Source of the DNA: a virus
Virus record (IMG/VR): IMGVR_UViG_3300032331_002826
Span: 10,204 to 74,203 of that record
DNA: 64,000 nucleotides
Reading direction: 5' to 3' (one strand)
This document shows positions 10,513 to 20,938 of this stretch, piece by piece (within the stretch, counting starts at the first letter, position 1; the number at the start of each line of letters is the position of its first letter). The notes below the pieces were generated by a model. It was not told the DNA's origin. It worked only from the letters and a program-made list of their open reading frames with translations, and searched no databases. The position numbers were made by a program, and so were the translations under genes.

Positions 10513-12117
10513 TTATAATAACCAAGTTAGAGACTCTTTTTGGTCCATTGTCCCTGCAACACCCGTCGGCATCTCCCATGAATGTTTACCCATAGCAGTC
10601 TTTGTTGTATAAACCGGACCGCCATCCGACTTTGATACATTTATGTGTGATAACATACTTTTTGTAAGCTCAGTTGCTTGTGAACGCAACTTCAAAGCAG
10701 TATCTCTAACCCAAAATCCGATTCCCAGCGACATTACCAAGTCGTCGTTATAATTCTTCATTGCCTCAGGTCTACCGTTATTCCAAATAAACGTGTAAAA
10801 CTCATCAATAGTTCTAACCGACTGAATATTCACTTCTTTCTCTCTCATGTAACTTTCCAATCGAGAAATGATCAGCTGTCGAGTAAGAGATGTGGTAGTA
10901 AATCCAGGCGTAAGCTTCTTCTCTTGTGCGTTGATTTTGTTGGACATTTGATTTTCAACATCCACATATTTCAAATCAGAACTGCTGTAAAATAGATTAG
11001 GATATTTACGATCTATGACCTGTTGAATTGCACCCCACCCGACATTCATATTTTCTACCACCAACAACGCAGTATTATATTCAGTAGAAATGTTTACCAA
11101 CAGATTTCCATAGTCCTTTGTAGATATCAGACCCTTGTATTCAGCCACTTGCGTCATGGTATCAATATCCAACACGTGAAATGCGCTAAAGTCTCCACCA
11201 TCACCACGGGCAACGTCCGCACAAACAAGATACGACCGAGTATAATCAGGATACTCCCAAATCCACAGTGACTTGTCTATGCCTCTTGTTTCTACAGGGT
11301 TACGAACTTTGCTGTGTTTATAGAAATCAAGAACCGGAACTTCAATGACCGTATTACCTGATGTAGCAAAGTCACAATCGCATTCTTGTGCTGCCATCTT
11401 TGGTCCGAGAAGTTTTGTTTGTTCATCTCTCCAAACTTGATCTCGTTCTGGATGAAGAGACCATGGCAATCTAATCGTATGAAATTTGTTCTTTTTAGCG
11501 TCAGCTTCAACCCATGTTCTATGGAAAAAGTTACCCACACCGTTTGGTGTTGATAGAACAATAGCTTTACCTCCCGTTGATAGAGTGGATTGTGCAGATG
11601 TCCAAATATCATCGATGTTATCAATAAATGCAGCTTCGTCAATAATCAACATTGACAGAGCAGACGAACGACCGGCGGTTCCAGAAGATGAAACTGCTTT
11701 GATTTGAGATCCATTTTTGAGACGAAGACTCAAACGATTATCTTCTACACATTCCACTTTCAACCAACTTGGAAGGTTGTCGTTAGCAAACCTAACACGT
11801 GTAACAATTTCTTTTGAGGTCTCTTGAGTAATACTAATACACAGAATGTTTTTGTCACTATGGAAAATCATCAACCACAAACTATATGCAGAACTCAATG
11901 TGGTGATACCCAACTGACGACTTTTCAGAATGATGTTGTAGTCATTGTCGATCAAATCCTGCAAAGCCGATTCCTGAAAAGGATACAGCTCAAACGGAAT
12001 CGTACCTCTTTTTGGATGTTGAATTTTGACGTATTTCTTCATGAAATACATCGGATTCTCAAGACACTTTTTGTACTCAGCCTTGATTATATCTCGTAAT
12101 GACCTATCATTCGACAT
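10513..12117 (-). CDS. Terminase large subunit (T4 gp17-like)
   Basis: LYPFQ, Walker A KSRQLGITT, Walker B IIDEAAF, STPNG, nuclease DVARG..D and DDLVM. Confidence 0.95.
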   Translation of the reverse strand: MSNDRSLRDIIKAEYKKCLENPMYFMKKYVKIQHPKRGTIPFELYPFQESALQDLIDNDYNIILKSRQLGITTLSSAYSLWLMIFHSDKNILCISITQETSKEIVTRVRFANDNLPSWLKVECVEDNRLSLRLKNGSQIKAVSSSGTAGRSSALSMLIIDEAAFIDNIDDIWTSAQSTLSTGGKAIVLSTPNGVGNFFHRTWVEADAKKNKFHTIRLPWSLHPERDQVWRDEQTKLLGPKMAAQECDCDFATSGNTVIEVPVLDFYKHSKVRNPVETRGIDKSLWIWEYPDYTRSYLVCADVARGDGGDFSAFHVLDIDTMTQVAEYKGLISTKDYGNLLVNISTEYNTALLVVENMNVGWGAIQQVIDRKYPNLFYSSSDLKYVDVENQMSNKINAQEKKLTPGFTTTSLTRQLIISRLESYMREKEVNIQSVRTIDEFYTFIWNNGRPEAMKNYNDDLVMSLGIGFWVRDTALKLRSQATELTKSMLSHINVSKSDGGPVYTTKTAMGKHSWEMPTGVAGTMDQKESLTWLL

Positions 12118-12715
12118 GACTCAAACCTTTCAGTGACTTCTCAAGAGTAGCAATACTTTTATTGATTTTCTTCAGATCTTTTTTTAGATCCTTAATGATC
12201 AAATCACGTCTCTCAATTGTCCACTCATCCGATGTTCCATCTCCGTTTGGAAATGAAATCTTCTTGTTGTTTTCAATAAATGAAATACTTTCATCGATCT
12301 TGGTTTTCAATTCTCTAGAAATACTCAGTTGATTGCTAAAATACTTCTTTTGTTCATAGTCCTCGAACTTACCTTGAAGTCTGAGTTTCGATTCATATTT
12401 AGCAACACACTCCTGACATCTGCCTGTCTTATTGAAAAATATCTGATCGTATCTATTACCCCATTTTATTTCCATGGAACAATCTTTACAGACCTGTTTA
12501 GTAGCATCTACAGTTGCTGCATTAACACTGTTGATGGCCTTCTTGAATCCATTTTTCTTGATCCACCTTTTACCGTTTACGTCGGTCCAAATTTCACCGT
12601 TTTTTCTAGCAGCAACATCCGAATCAGATGTATAACCTACTTGAACAAATGGTCTATTACCATCAAGGTAATCTTTTACGATTGACAAATTACTTTTTCC
12701 AGATGCATGTTTCAT
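12107..12715 (-). CDS. Hypothetical protein with CxxC...CxxC
   Basis: CKDC and CQEC motifs, coiled-coil C-terminus. Confidence 0.65.
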   Translation of the reverse strand: MKHASGKSNLSIVKDYLDGNRPFVQVGYTSDSDVAARKNGEIWTDVNGKRWIKKNGFKKAINSVNAATVDATKQVCKDCSMEIKWGNRYDQIFFNKTGRCQECVAKYESKLRLQGKFEDYEQKKYFSNQLSISRELKTKIDESISFIENNKKISFPNGDGTSDEWTIERRDLIIKDLKKDLKKINKSIATLEKSLKGLSHVE

Positions 12716-12780
12716 ATAACTTAACTATTCCTTTATTGTTTCAACGTGTTTTTATATTACCAAATTACAGTGTCAGTATG

Positions 12781-14901
12781 TTATGTTGCCTTGTATGCGG
12801 GAACCTTGTATCCAGCAACGTCTAACCAAGCGTCTGGCGGAGTTGCGCCGGCCACATTAGGAGGTCGAAGAGGAACTCCCGATGTCCAACTTATTGCGTT
12901 TATAGTGACAGTTCCTACAGGAGAAGATTGATCCATAGTAAGAGGATAGTCCGTTCCAGAAATAGTAACTTTTCCGGTTGGAGTAAACGGAGTTATTGAT
13001 ATTATCCCCGTTGGAGTCACAACATCGGTAGTAACAGGAGTGGTTATACCACCAGATGATACTGTCGCTGTACCAATGCTTGCCCCATCCGGATCAAAAG
13101 CAGCAATGGTAGTAAGATTCGAATACACCAATTTATGATCGATATCAAATAATTCCGATTTGAATTTGAACTGTTGATTTTTCTCAGAAACGGGACATGG
13201 AATTGTAGAAACAAATATGGATGGAGAAAAAGAAACATCCGTATAATTTTTCAATGTGATCTGTGAAACAGTAGCATTACAATTTTTTGTATAAATCACG
13301 ACCGTTCCAGCAAAATCATTAGCAAATTGACTGTAAAATGAAATGGGATTGTCTACTTGATATAACGATGAAGTACCCGACCCAAGAACTAGTTCTCCCA
13401 ACCTTATCCCTTTTTGTGGATCAAAGTCTAAATCCGCAGAGATTTTATCATATTGAGACGATGTAAAGTAAAACCCAATAGACGCATCTTTTGTTAGATC
13501 GACGGAGTTCTTAGTAACAATAGCTTTGAAAGACAACTCATATGGAATGTTTGCGGAACATGAAATGAAATTACTGTCATACGATTGTGCATCTGTAGGA
13601 AATGTATACGCATGATACTCTCCATTTTTTATATGAAGTGGATCGGTATCAGTATCATTTTTTACTATGACATATCCCTCGTCAGTAGGTCCACCGGAAT
13701 TAACAATAGACATACCATCCATCAATTTGGTTCCATCTCTGGATATAGTAATTGATGTAGGTTTAGTAAACCAATAATGATTAACGAATTCATTTGCAGA
13801 ATTAAATCCTCTAGGAAAACTTCCCAATGAACTAAAATAAGAATTGGTAGAAACGGTATCTGATAGAATATCGACCGGCGTTACAAGAGCATCCGCAATC
13901 AATTGATAGTCTCCGGACGAAACCAAACTCTTTCTATATAGTTTGTGTCTATAGACATTTCCGCTAAATGTGTCTATGTTTGAATACGTTACTACCGCCA
14001 AAGATTGTGAATATGACGTAGTAGCAGTAGCATCATAGGGAATATCAGCAACAGTAGCAGAAAAAGTTCCGGCAGTAACATCAGCTATAATCTTTCTATT
14101 TCTACTGTCATATGTGTATATTGGATATTTCAATCTTACGGTAGTATCGTTTAATACCTCTGAAATGATGTTTTTTGAAGTCATAGAAACTGTTCCGACA
14201 TCATTTAACTGAGTTATTGTTAACACTATTTCAGACTCAACCATAGACGACACATTGAGATTGCCATTGATTCCGCCTGAGTTAATTGTAAGAACGGCTC
14301 TGTAATCAACGTTTTGTTTTGATGGATCAAATTGACCGTAATCGTCGCCTTTTCTTGGAGTGACAGCAAAAGATTTAAAGTCGCCCGATACGGTTTTTAT
14401 GATGGTAGCAATTGAAGACTTTGAATTGCCTGCTGGACTCACCAATGAATCAATTTTCAATGTCGGCGGTTTGTAAAACACCACGGATGAATGATTCTCA
14501 AGTGTAGGGTATATCTGAATGTTAGCTGTCCATCTTACTTTTTTTCCTGTAGGGGTAGTACCAACAAGATATAACTTACCTATTCCTTGACGTGTGGTAC
14601 TATAAACATGAACTGCAACTCTCAATGCTCCGCCTTCAGTATATGATATACTGTTTGATCGTGCCACCTCTACATACAAAGAATTGTTGCTAGAGTCAAG
14701 AACCTCAATTTGAACGGGTGAATTTATTGATAAGTTTGGAGATCCGTTTATTAGAAACGTGTTTTTTCCACCAGAGAACTTTGGTTCAAATTCAGACAAC
14801 ACAAAGTAGTTAGATAGATATCCATTGTCTTCAATGTCTACCGCCAATCTACCCAAATTAAGTACCTGACCCCGTTTTCGTATATTAGAGATTATAGCCA
14901 T
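12781..14901 (-). CDS. Putative virion structural protein (beta-rich)
   Basis: 706 aa, Ser/Thr-rich, composition like the tail proteins. Confidence 0.6.
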   Translation of the reverse strand: MAIISNIRKRGQVLNLGRLAVDIEDNGYLSNYFVLSEFEPKFSGGKNTFLINGSPNLSINSPVQIEVLDSSNNSLYVEVARSNSISYTEGGALRVAVHVYSTTRQGIGKLYLVGTTPTGKKVRWTANIQIYPTLENHSSVVFYKPPTLKIDSLVSPAGNSKSSIATIIKTVSGDFKSFAVTPRKGDDYGQFDPSKQNVDYRAVLTINSGGINGNLNVSSMVESEIVLTITQLNDVGTVSMTSKNIISEVLNDTTVRLKYPIYTYDSRNRKIIADVTAGTFSATVADIPYDATATTSYSQSLAVVTYSNIDTFSGNVYRHKLYRKSLVSSGDYQLIADALVTPVDILSDTVSTNSYFSSLGSFPRGFNSANEFVNHYWFTKPTSITISRDGTKLMDGMSIVNSGGPTDEGYVIVKNDTDTDPLHIKNGEYHAYTFPTDAQSYDSNFISCSANIPYELSFKAIVTKNSVDLTKDASIGFYFTSSQYDKISADLDFDPQKGIRLGELVLGSGTSSLYQVDNPISFYSQFANDFAGTVVIYTKNCNATVSQITLKNYTDVSFSPSIFVSTIPCPVSEKNQQFKFKSELFDIDHKLVYSNLTTIAAFDPDGASIGTATVSSGGITTPVTTDVVTPTGIISITPFTPTGKVTISGTDYPLTMDQSSPVGTVTINAISWTSGVPLRPPNVAGATPPDAWLDVAGYKVPAYKAT

Positions 14902-14935
14902 ATGTGTACTGACCTAACAGTACATACATATAGAT

Positions 14936-17900
14936 TTATTCGTAATTTATCCTTGAAAACCCTCCATCCTTATGGATTTCGACTCGACTGTCCACCATAT
15001 CTTTCATTGCATCCAAGTGACTGATGATCCAAATAAAGTCAAAATTAGACTTCAAAAAGGAGAACAATACACTCATTACAGCAAGATTATCAGCGTCAGC
15101 ACATCCAAATCCTTCGTCGATTGCAATGAAATTTGGACGAGGTAGATTCGATATATTGATTAAAGCCACCCTTATTGCCAAAGAACTCACAAACTGTTCC
15201 AATCCACTTGCCAGTTCGAGTTTCCACTTTTTATCTTCATAGACAATAAAAGTAGATACGTTTTTACCATCAGTTTGAAGTGAAACCGTAAATTCCACAA
15301 TCTGACTTAAAATGGTATTTACCTCTCGTTCAATCTCAGGAATAGCTTTGGATATGATGTTATACTGCAATCCGTCTCTTGATACTGCTTCGGTATACAT
15401 GCTATATGACGCATTTACCTTCTCAATCGTCTTTATCTCCTTGAGTGTGTCTTCGACCTTGCTCTTCTGAAATGTCCATGTATTGACCCGCCCGGACATA
15501 TCAGCGATGGTCTTATTGCATTGTGTGATCTCAAACTCAAGATTCCTTACTGTTTGCTTGATCTTATCAATCGTGGTTTGAACAACTTTGTTGGTTTCGA
15601 TTGCATCTTTTGAATCATAGTAATCTTTGATTTGAGTCTTTATTGTGTCTAGAGCATTTGTTTCTTTTTCAATTTGAGTCTCTCGTTTTGCAACACGAAT
15701 GCTTACAGTAGAAATGTTTCCATTCAACTTATCGATGTTAGATACCAAAGTCTTGTATTCCTGATGCAACGTAACATTTGGTTCAAGATCCAAAATTTGT
15801 TTCTTCAATTCGTTTTGTTTGTTAAACAGTGCAGCAACTTCAACTTTATCATTTTGAAGATCCGCTTTGGTATTGATAGCATCTTTTACAAACACATTGT
15901 TTACACAATACTCGCAGTTAGGATCATACTTGTGGTCCTCAAGTTTCTTCAACTTTTCAAGCTTATTGTTAACCACCATTTTCTTTTTGTCGATATCACG
16001 TTCAACCAGCAACAACTCTGATTTCAATTTGGTGTAATCATTAACCTTGGATTCCAGATCTTGATCTTTGAACGTCTCCACCTTTTCAACAAGAGGAACA
16101 GACTGACGTTTTAGATCTTCGATGGTCGTATTATCAGTTTGGTTTTGTAATGTGTAAGTTTTGATGTTTTCTTCAAAAGAAATTCGATTGCGTTCCATGG
16201 AAGCAATGTCAACCGAAGTATTTGAAATTTTCATCAACTTCTTTGTTTCTTCAATGAGAGAATCGTTGGTATCATTTTTATCCGATGTCAACTTATCTAC
16301 ATTCTTGGTTGTGACTGCAATCACAGATTCGGCATTAGAAATGTTCTGAGTAAGAGACGCTAGTTCCGATGCGTGGTCAGTCTTCAACAGATTTTTCAAC
16401 AACACCGATGTTTCTTTTGTCTTTTCGTTTGCCAGTTCGTGGAGTTTGTCAAATACCGTCAACCCCATAAACTGCGCCAATAGATCCTTACGTTCGGTCT
16501 GACCTAAATTGATGAATGATCCTGTTTTTCCGTTTTGAATACTCAACACGGTCAAAATAAAGTCATCATAAGTTCCGAGATAATCTCTAATAAGGTCGTT
16601 GGTGTTTCTGCGTGCCTCTCCGTTGAGTTCAATAACTTGTCCATTTTCTTCCTTCCAAAACTTAACATCCACTTTTACGTTTCCCTTTTTATCAGCGGAT
16701 CCTTTTCGTTCAATGAAATAGTCAATCTTGTTAATTTCAAAATTGAACTTGCATCTAAACGACTGTTTTTGACTATTCATGACCTCCGCTGCTTTGAAAG
16801 TTCGTTCACATTTATCAAATATACAAAATGACAATGCTGACAATACGGTGGATTTTCCACTAGCATTTGGGGCAAACAATCCCATGACTCCTGTCATTTT
16901 TGAAAAATCAACAACGTTTCCTTCACCATAACTAAACATGTTGTCGAACTCTAATTTCTTAGGCTTCCAACGAATACTCTTGACACTTGAATCTTTTTCA
17001 ATTGATGAGTTTAAAGTTTGGTTGATTTTAGATACCGCCTTCAAAACATCTTCCGTAACAGTAGGATGCTTCTCTTTGATGTAGTTGGCGATCAATTCAT
17101 TCTGATAATCAACATCCGTTATGCTGTTGATTTTGAAATCAGATGAGTTTACAATAGCATTTTTAGTCGATTTCGGACTATCGACTCGCATATAACTTAC
17201 ATCAATAACCTCGGTTTGTTTTTTGATTTCGTCTATAATAGATTTTGTGTCAGATGCCAACGTCTCAAAACAACGATATCTAAGACGAGTCTTCTTAGGT
17301 ATATCCTTGGTATCCGTTTCCAGAACACCGTTATTGATGTCAATAGTATAAAACCCGTAGTCGTTTGGAACTTCAATATGTTTGTATGCTTTGTTGGCAA
17401 GGTTCCAATAAACAAATCCGTGACCTTTTAGAGTTTCTCCGTGATTCTGTTGAATTAAAGAACCAGAATAAACAATAGCAGGCAAACTTTGAGAATTGTC
17501 ATATTGTTGAAGAATCTGATATTTGTGAATATCACCCAACAACGCAATATGATGACCATCAAACAAAGAGTTTGCAATCGCACGATTCGTAATTCTGAAT
17601 CCTACGTCTGTTACAGCATCGTTTACACCTCCGTGATACAACGCCACAACATGGTTGGCGTTTCTCACATAGATCTTAGGAATATCTGCAAACTTAACAT
17701 ATTTTTCAGGACTGTGTTCGTCAAACACAGAGAACGTGTTAAACAATATATCTCCCAAAATATAGATGCCAGTATCCCGCAAATAAAACAGATTGTCATG
17801 TTGAAGAGCATTAACGATTGGACTCAAACAATCCATTCGGTTTTTGTTTGCTAGAGTAGCATCATGATTTCCAGCAATCAAAACTGTTGGGCGACGATCT

Positions 17901-18142
17901 GCCAGATTCTTTAGAAAGTTGGACCCAATTTCCACACATTCGGGGCTAAGATCGCTTTTGTTGTGAAACACATCACCCAATACACAAACCACTGTGGTTT
18001 TGGGTGTTTTATCAACGGCGTCATACAAACGGTTAAACACATCAACATATTCATCGTGACGTTTTGTCAATCGAATATGAATGTCTGCAACATGCAGAAT
18101 GTTGGTGAAGTTAGTGACGGAACATTTTAGTTGTGTAGCCAT
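14936..18142 (-). CDS. Fused Mre11/SbcD nuclease and Rad50/SbcC ATPase (gp47-gp46 fusion)
   Basis: ADIH, GDVFH, GNHD, GDIH; Walker A APNASGKS, zinc hook CEYC, signature ASGLE, Walker B IDEGFG, H-loop ISH. Confidence 0.92.
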   Translation of the reverse strand: MATQLKCSVTNFTNILHVADIHIRLTKRHDEYVDVFNRLYDAVDKTPKTTVVCVLGDVFHNKSDLSPECVEIGSNFLKNLADRRPTVLIAGNHDATLANKNRMDCLSPIVNALQHDNLFYLRDTGIYILGDILFNTFSVFDEHSPEKYVKFADIPKIYVRNANHVVALYHGGVNDAVTDVGFRITNRAIANSLFDGHHIALLGDIHKYQILQQYDNSQSLPAIVYSGSLIQQNHGETLKGHGFVYWNLANKAYKHIEVPNDYGFYTIDINNGVLETDTKDIPKKTRLRYRCFETLASDTKSIIDEIKKQTEVIDVSYMRVDSPKSTKNAIVNSSDFKINSITDVDYQNELIANYIKEKHPTVTEDVLKAVSKINQTLNSSIEKDSSVKSIRWKPKKLEFDNMFSYGEGNVVDFSKMTGVMGLFAPNASGKSTVLSALSFCIFDKCERTFKAAEVMNSQKQSFRCKFNFEINKIDYFIERKGSADKKGNVKVDVKFWKEENGQVIELNGEARRNTNDLIRDYLGTYDDFILTVLSIQNGKTGSFINLGQTERKDLLAQFMGLTVFDKLHELANEKTKETSVLLKNLLKTDHASELASLTQNISNAESVIAVTTKNVDKLTSDKNDTNDSLIEETKKLMKISNTSVDIASMERNRISFEENIKTYTLQNQTDNTTIEDLKRQSVPLVEKVETFKDQDLESKVNDYTKLKSELLLVERDIDKKKMVVNNKLEKLKKLEDHKYDPNCEYCVNNVFVKDAINTKADLQNDKVEVAALFNKQNELKKQILDLEPNVTLHQEYKTLVSNIDKLNGNISTVSIRVAKRETQIEKETNALDTIKTQIKDYYDSKDAIETNKVVQTTIDKIKQTVRNLEFEITQCNKTIADMSGRVNTWTFQKSKVEDTLKEIKTIEKVNASYSMYTEAVSRDGLQYNIISKAIPEIEREVNTILSQIVEFTVSLQTDGKNVSTFIVYEDKKWKLELASGLEQFVSSLAIRVALINISNLPRPNFIAIDEGFGCADADNLAVMSVLFSFLKSNFDFIWIISHLDAMKDMVDSRVEIHKDGGFSRINYE

Positions 18143-18143
18143 A

Positions 18144-19106
18144 TTATACTGTTAGTTTAAATTTGAATAGTGATTCGAAATCCAACACGTCGGATGAATT
18201 AATCATATCCCATGTTTTTTCAAATCCAATATCAGATGGATCTTTACCATCTAGTTGTACTAGTTTTGTTTCAATGTGGTTTTTAGCCAAGAATTCACAG
18301 ATTCTAATTGAATCTCTCATAGCATCGTTGTCAAGAACCACATTTACTTTCTTTACTTGATGTGTGATAAAAGCGGATTTTAGTTTATGTGAAAGTGTTT
18401 TTCCAAACAATGGAACCGCATTATTTCGCACTGCGATAGCATCAAATGCACCTTCAACCAATGTGATTGGCTGATTGTAATCTAAGAACATTTCAAAGCC
18501 AATAATGTCTTTCGACACCATCGAATTTACATACTTTATCTTTGCGTTCTCATAAATACTTCTTGTTGAAAAGAAGTTCAAGTTTCCATTTTCGTCGTAT
18601 GATGGAACTAGAATTCGATCTTTATATTGACCGGATTCACAATATCCAATGTTGTATCTTAAAATGTCGTATTTTGTTATACCTCGCCGTTTTAGATAGT
18701 TCAGCGCATGTTTTCCAAACAAGGTTATGTCATCTTCAAAAAACGACCGACATTCACTTGGCAGAAAAAGTTGAGGTTTAGGTTCTTCCGTTTCAACGGT
18801 AAACAGTTTGACAACCAAATCCAAATCAGGACGAGGAAGTTTTTTTAACGACTGCGTGTTTCTCTGAACTTGTGTTAGAAGTTCCGATGACAATCCGAGT
18901 TTCTTAAATAACGTTTTTAATGACGTGCCAGACAAACCGCATACCCAACAATGATATTTTCCCGTAACGGTATTTATCTCCAACTTGCGTTTGTAATGTT
19001 TGCAGTTAGGACAATGATAAACAGCATCAGTGCCCTTACGAATACGGGCTGACTGATTCAACGCTTTGTTTAGAATTGTCACCACCTCTGTCTGATACAA
19101 CAACAT
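18144..19106 (-). CDS. DNA primase (DnaG/gp61-like)
   Basis: Zn finger CPNC...CWVC; TOPRIM motifs VEGAFDA and LDND. Confidence 0.9.
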   Translation of the reverse strand: MLLYQTEVVTILNKALNQSARIRKGTDAVYHCPNCKHYKRKLEINTVTGKYHCWVCGLSGTSLKTLFKKLGLSSELLTQVQRNTQSLKKLPRPDLDLVVKLFTVETEEPKPQLFLPSECRSFFEDDITLFGKHALNYLKRRGITKYDILRYNIGYCESGQYKDRILVPSYDENGNLNFFSTRSIYENAKIKYVNSMVSKDIIGFEMFLDYNQPITLVEGAFDAIAVRNNAVPLFGKTLSHKLKSAFITHQVKKVNVVLDNDAMRDSIRICEFLAKNHIETKLVQLDGKDPSDIGFEKTWDMINSSDVLDFESLFKFKLTV

Positions 19107-19112
19107 ATCAAC

Positions 19113-19140
19113 AGTGTACCATACATCTCAATGAAATCAA
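19113..19140 (-). promoter_or_regulatory. Sigma70-type promoter, probably giving a leaderless primase mRNA
   Basis: TTGATT-N16-TACACT with a TGn extension; the -10 ends 7 nt before ATG 19106. Confidence 0.55.
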
Positions 19141-19146
19141 CTTTTT

Positions 19147-20079
19147 CTATCGTGTAAGAAAAACTGTTCCAAGGGAACTCGTAAGAGATGAAGAATAAGC
19201 AACGGTAAACCCTATCGATGTGAATCGATCAATAACTGTTTGAACGTTAGTTCCGTTGTTATAATGAAATTCAAACAGAATAGTGTGGGTATCAGAAAAA
19301 AATTCATCTGACGTACTGGATAACACATCGTATTCTCCTCCTTCGATATCAATTTTGAAAAATGTAGGTTTCTTTAAATTGTTGACGTGTACAAACTTTT
19401 CCAAGTTAATTCCATCAACCTTATATTCTCCGGTGTCTTTTATAGAACCACCCACTGATCCGCCGCCTCCAAAAGACAGTTGTTTGAAATCGTTGAACAC
19501 TGCTTTTTCAAAACAGGTCACATTTTTACCATATCGATCACAGTTCTGTTTGAGATATTTAAAATTCTCTGGTTGTGGTTCAAATGCATATATAGCTTTC
19601 ACGTCATAATTTGAACACATCAACGAAAACACGCCAACATTAGCACCCAAATCATACACAACATCTCCATCACGAACTTTAACGTTGTCTATGAACTCTT
19701 TTTCATAGAAAAGAGAATAATACGGATTGTACGTAATTTCAGCAATATTAGACTTTAAATCCAAATAGACTGATCTTTTGTTTTTGTGAAATGATTTTTC
19801 GTGTAAAAGAGTTTTGAATGTCTTATCGTACACTTCAATTTTAAATCCGGGATGATCCTTCTCTTTAAACACAAATACATTGAAATTATACGTCCAATAA
19901 TTGTGCTCTGATGCACAATCGTGATAACACACGTCTGTGGTCAAATTACAATCCAAACTCTTTATTACAACAATGAACTCTTTACGTTTTCCAAATTCGG
20001 ACCCCACCTGAAAAGTGCCGTCCTCGTTGAAATGAAACTCGATTTTGCCAAACTCTCCGATATCAGTGGAATATAACAT
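19147..20079 (-). CDS. FkbM-family SAM methyltransferase
   Basis: YDLGANVG, AFEP, KIDIEGGE, FEFH. Confidence 0.9.
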   Translation of the reverse strand: MLYSTDIGEFGKIEFHFNEDGTFQVGSEFGKRKEFIVVIKSLDCNLTTDVCYHDCASEHNYWTYNFNVFVFKEKDHPGFKIEVYDKTFKTLLHEKSFHKNKRSVYLDLKSNIAEITYNPYYSLFYEKEFIDNVKVRDGDVVYDLGANVGVFSLMCSNYDVKAIYAFEPQPENFKYLKQNCDRYGKNVTCFEKAVFNDFKQLSFGGGGSVGGSIKDTGEYKVDGINLEKFVHVNNLKKPTFFKIDIEGGEYDVLSSTSDEFFSDTHTILFEFHYNNGTNVQTVIDRFTSIGFTVAYSSSLTSSLGTVFLTR

Positions 20080-20080
20080 A

Positions 20081-20584
20081 TTATGGTTGATACAATGCGC
20101 AAACTATTGCGTCATACATATCACCATTTCGTTCATCCCACCCACCTTTGGGTCGTTTTTTGTCGTATTTGGATACGTCAATATGAACACCAATGTTCAT
20201 CTTCACATAATCCTTAGGCTTTATACCTTTAACACGACTCTTGCCAAACAATTGCTTTCGCATCGTATTGACATTGCAGAGATTTACTTTCAGTCCCGTT
20301 TCTTCTGAGATGATGTATTCAAACAAAGCATTGAATCGTGCAAGTTTGATAATCACTTGTTGACTGGTTCTACCACCAGCAAAACCACTCAAGGCAGCCT
20401 CTAGGTTGACCTCAGTGACGTGTTTTAGATGTGCAGTGGATCGAATATGATCCAGAACAAAAAGAGCCTTTTCCTTGTTGGTTTCTTTTTTTGAAATATC
20501 AAGAAAACCAGCATCAACGATTTTACCGTTGTCAGAAAAGGCCCAACCTACCGTAGACGTACTAGCGTCTAACCCTAATATCAT
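20081..20584 (-). CDS. RuvC-like Holliday junction resolvase
   Basis: ILGLDASTSTVGWA, conserved E, DMYDAI (RNase H fold). Confidence 0.8.
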   Translation of the reverse strand: MILGLDASTSTVGWAFSDNGKIVDAGFLDISKKETNKEKALFVLDHIRSTAHLKHVTEVNLEAALSGFAGGRTSQQVIIKLARFNALFEYIISEETGLKVNLCNVNTMRKQLFGKSRVKGIKPKDYVKMNIGVHIDVSKYDKKRPKGGWDERNGDMYDAIVCALYQP

Positions 20585-20601
20585 AACTTATTATTTGATT
20601 G

Positions 20602-20910
20602 TTACTTCTTGTACCTATTGTTGTTAAATCCATTCAAACCGATTGTTGCAGATCCACCGATTCTACCAGAGAGATTAGAATTACCCTTTTTTACGTCTTT
20701 GAAATCACTAATCGTGAGTTGGTTTTTTTTATCAAGAACGAATCCTGTCGCAGCATCATTTGCAAAGTTATCAACTGGATTGTTCTGTCCACCTTTAACA
20801 CCTGCTGCACGGGCATCATAGGCTCCACCAACGTTTTGTGTAGCATAACGTGTAGCCAAGTCCTTTGTTAAGGATTCACGGTCGATGATTTTGTCCCAAG
20901 GTTGTGTCAT
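20602..20910 (-). CDS. Hypothetical protein
   Basis: 102 aa, preceded by TATTTATA at 20928-20935. Confidence 0.65.
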   Translation of the reverse strand: MTQPWDKIIDRESLTKDLATRYATQNVGGAYDARAAGVKGGQNNPVDNFANDAATGFVLDKKNQLTISDFKDVKKGNSNLSGRIGGSATIGLNGFNNNRYKK

Positions 20911-20938
20911 ATGATTTTAGGTTTGATTATAAATATTG

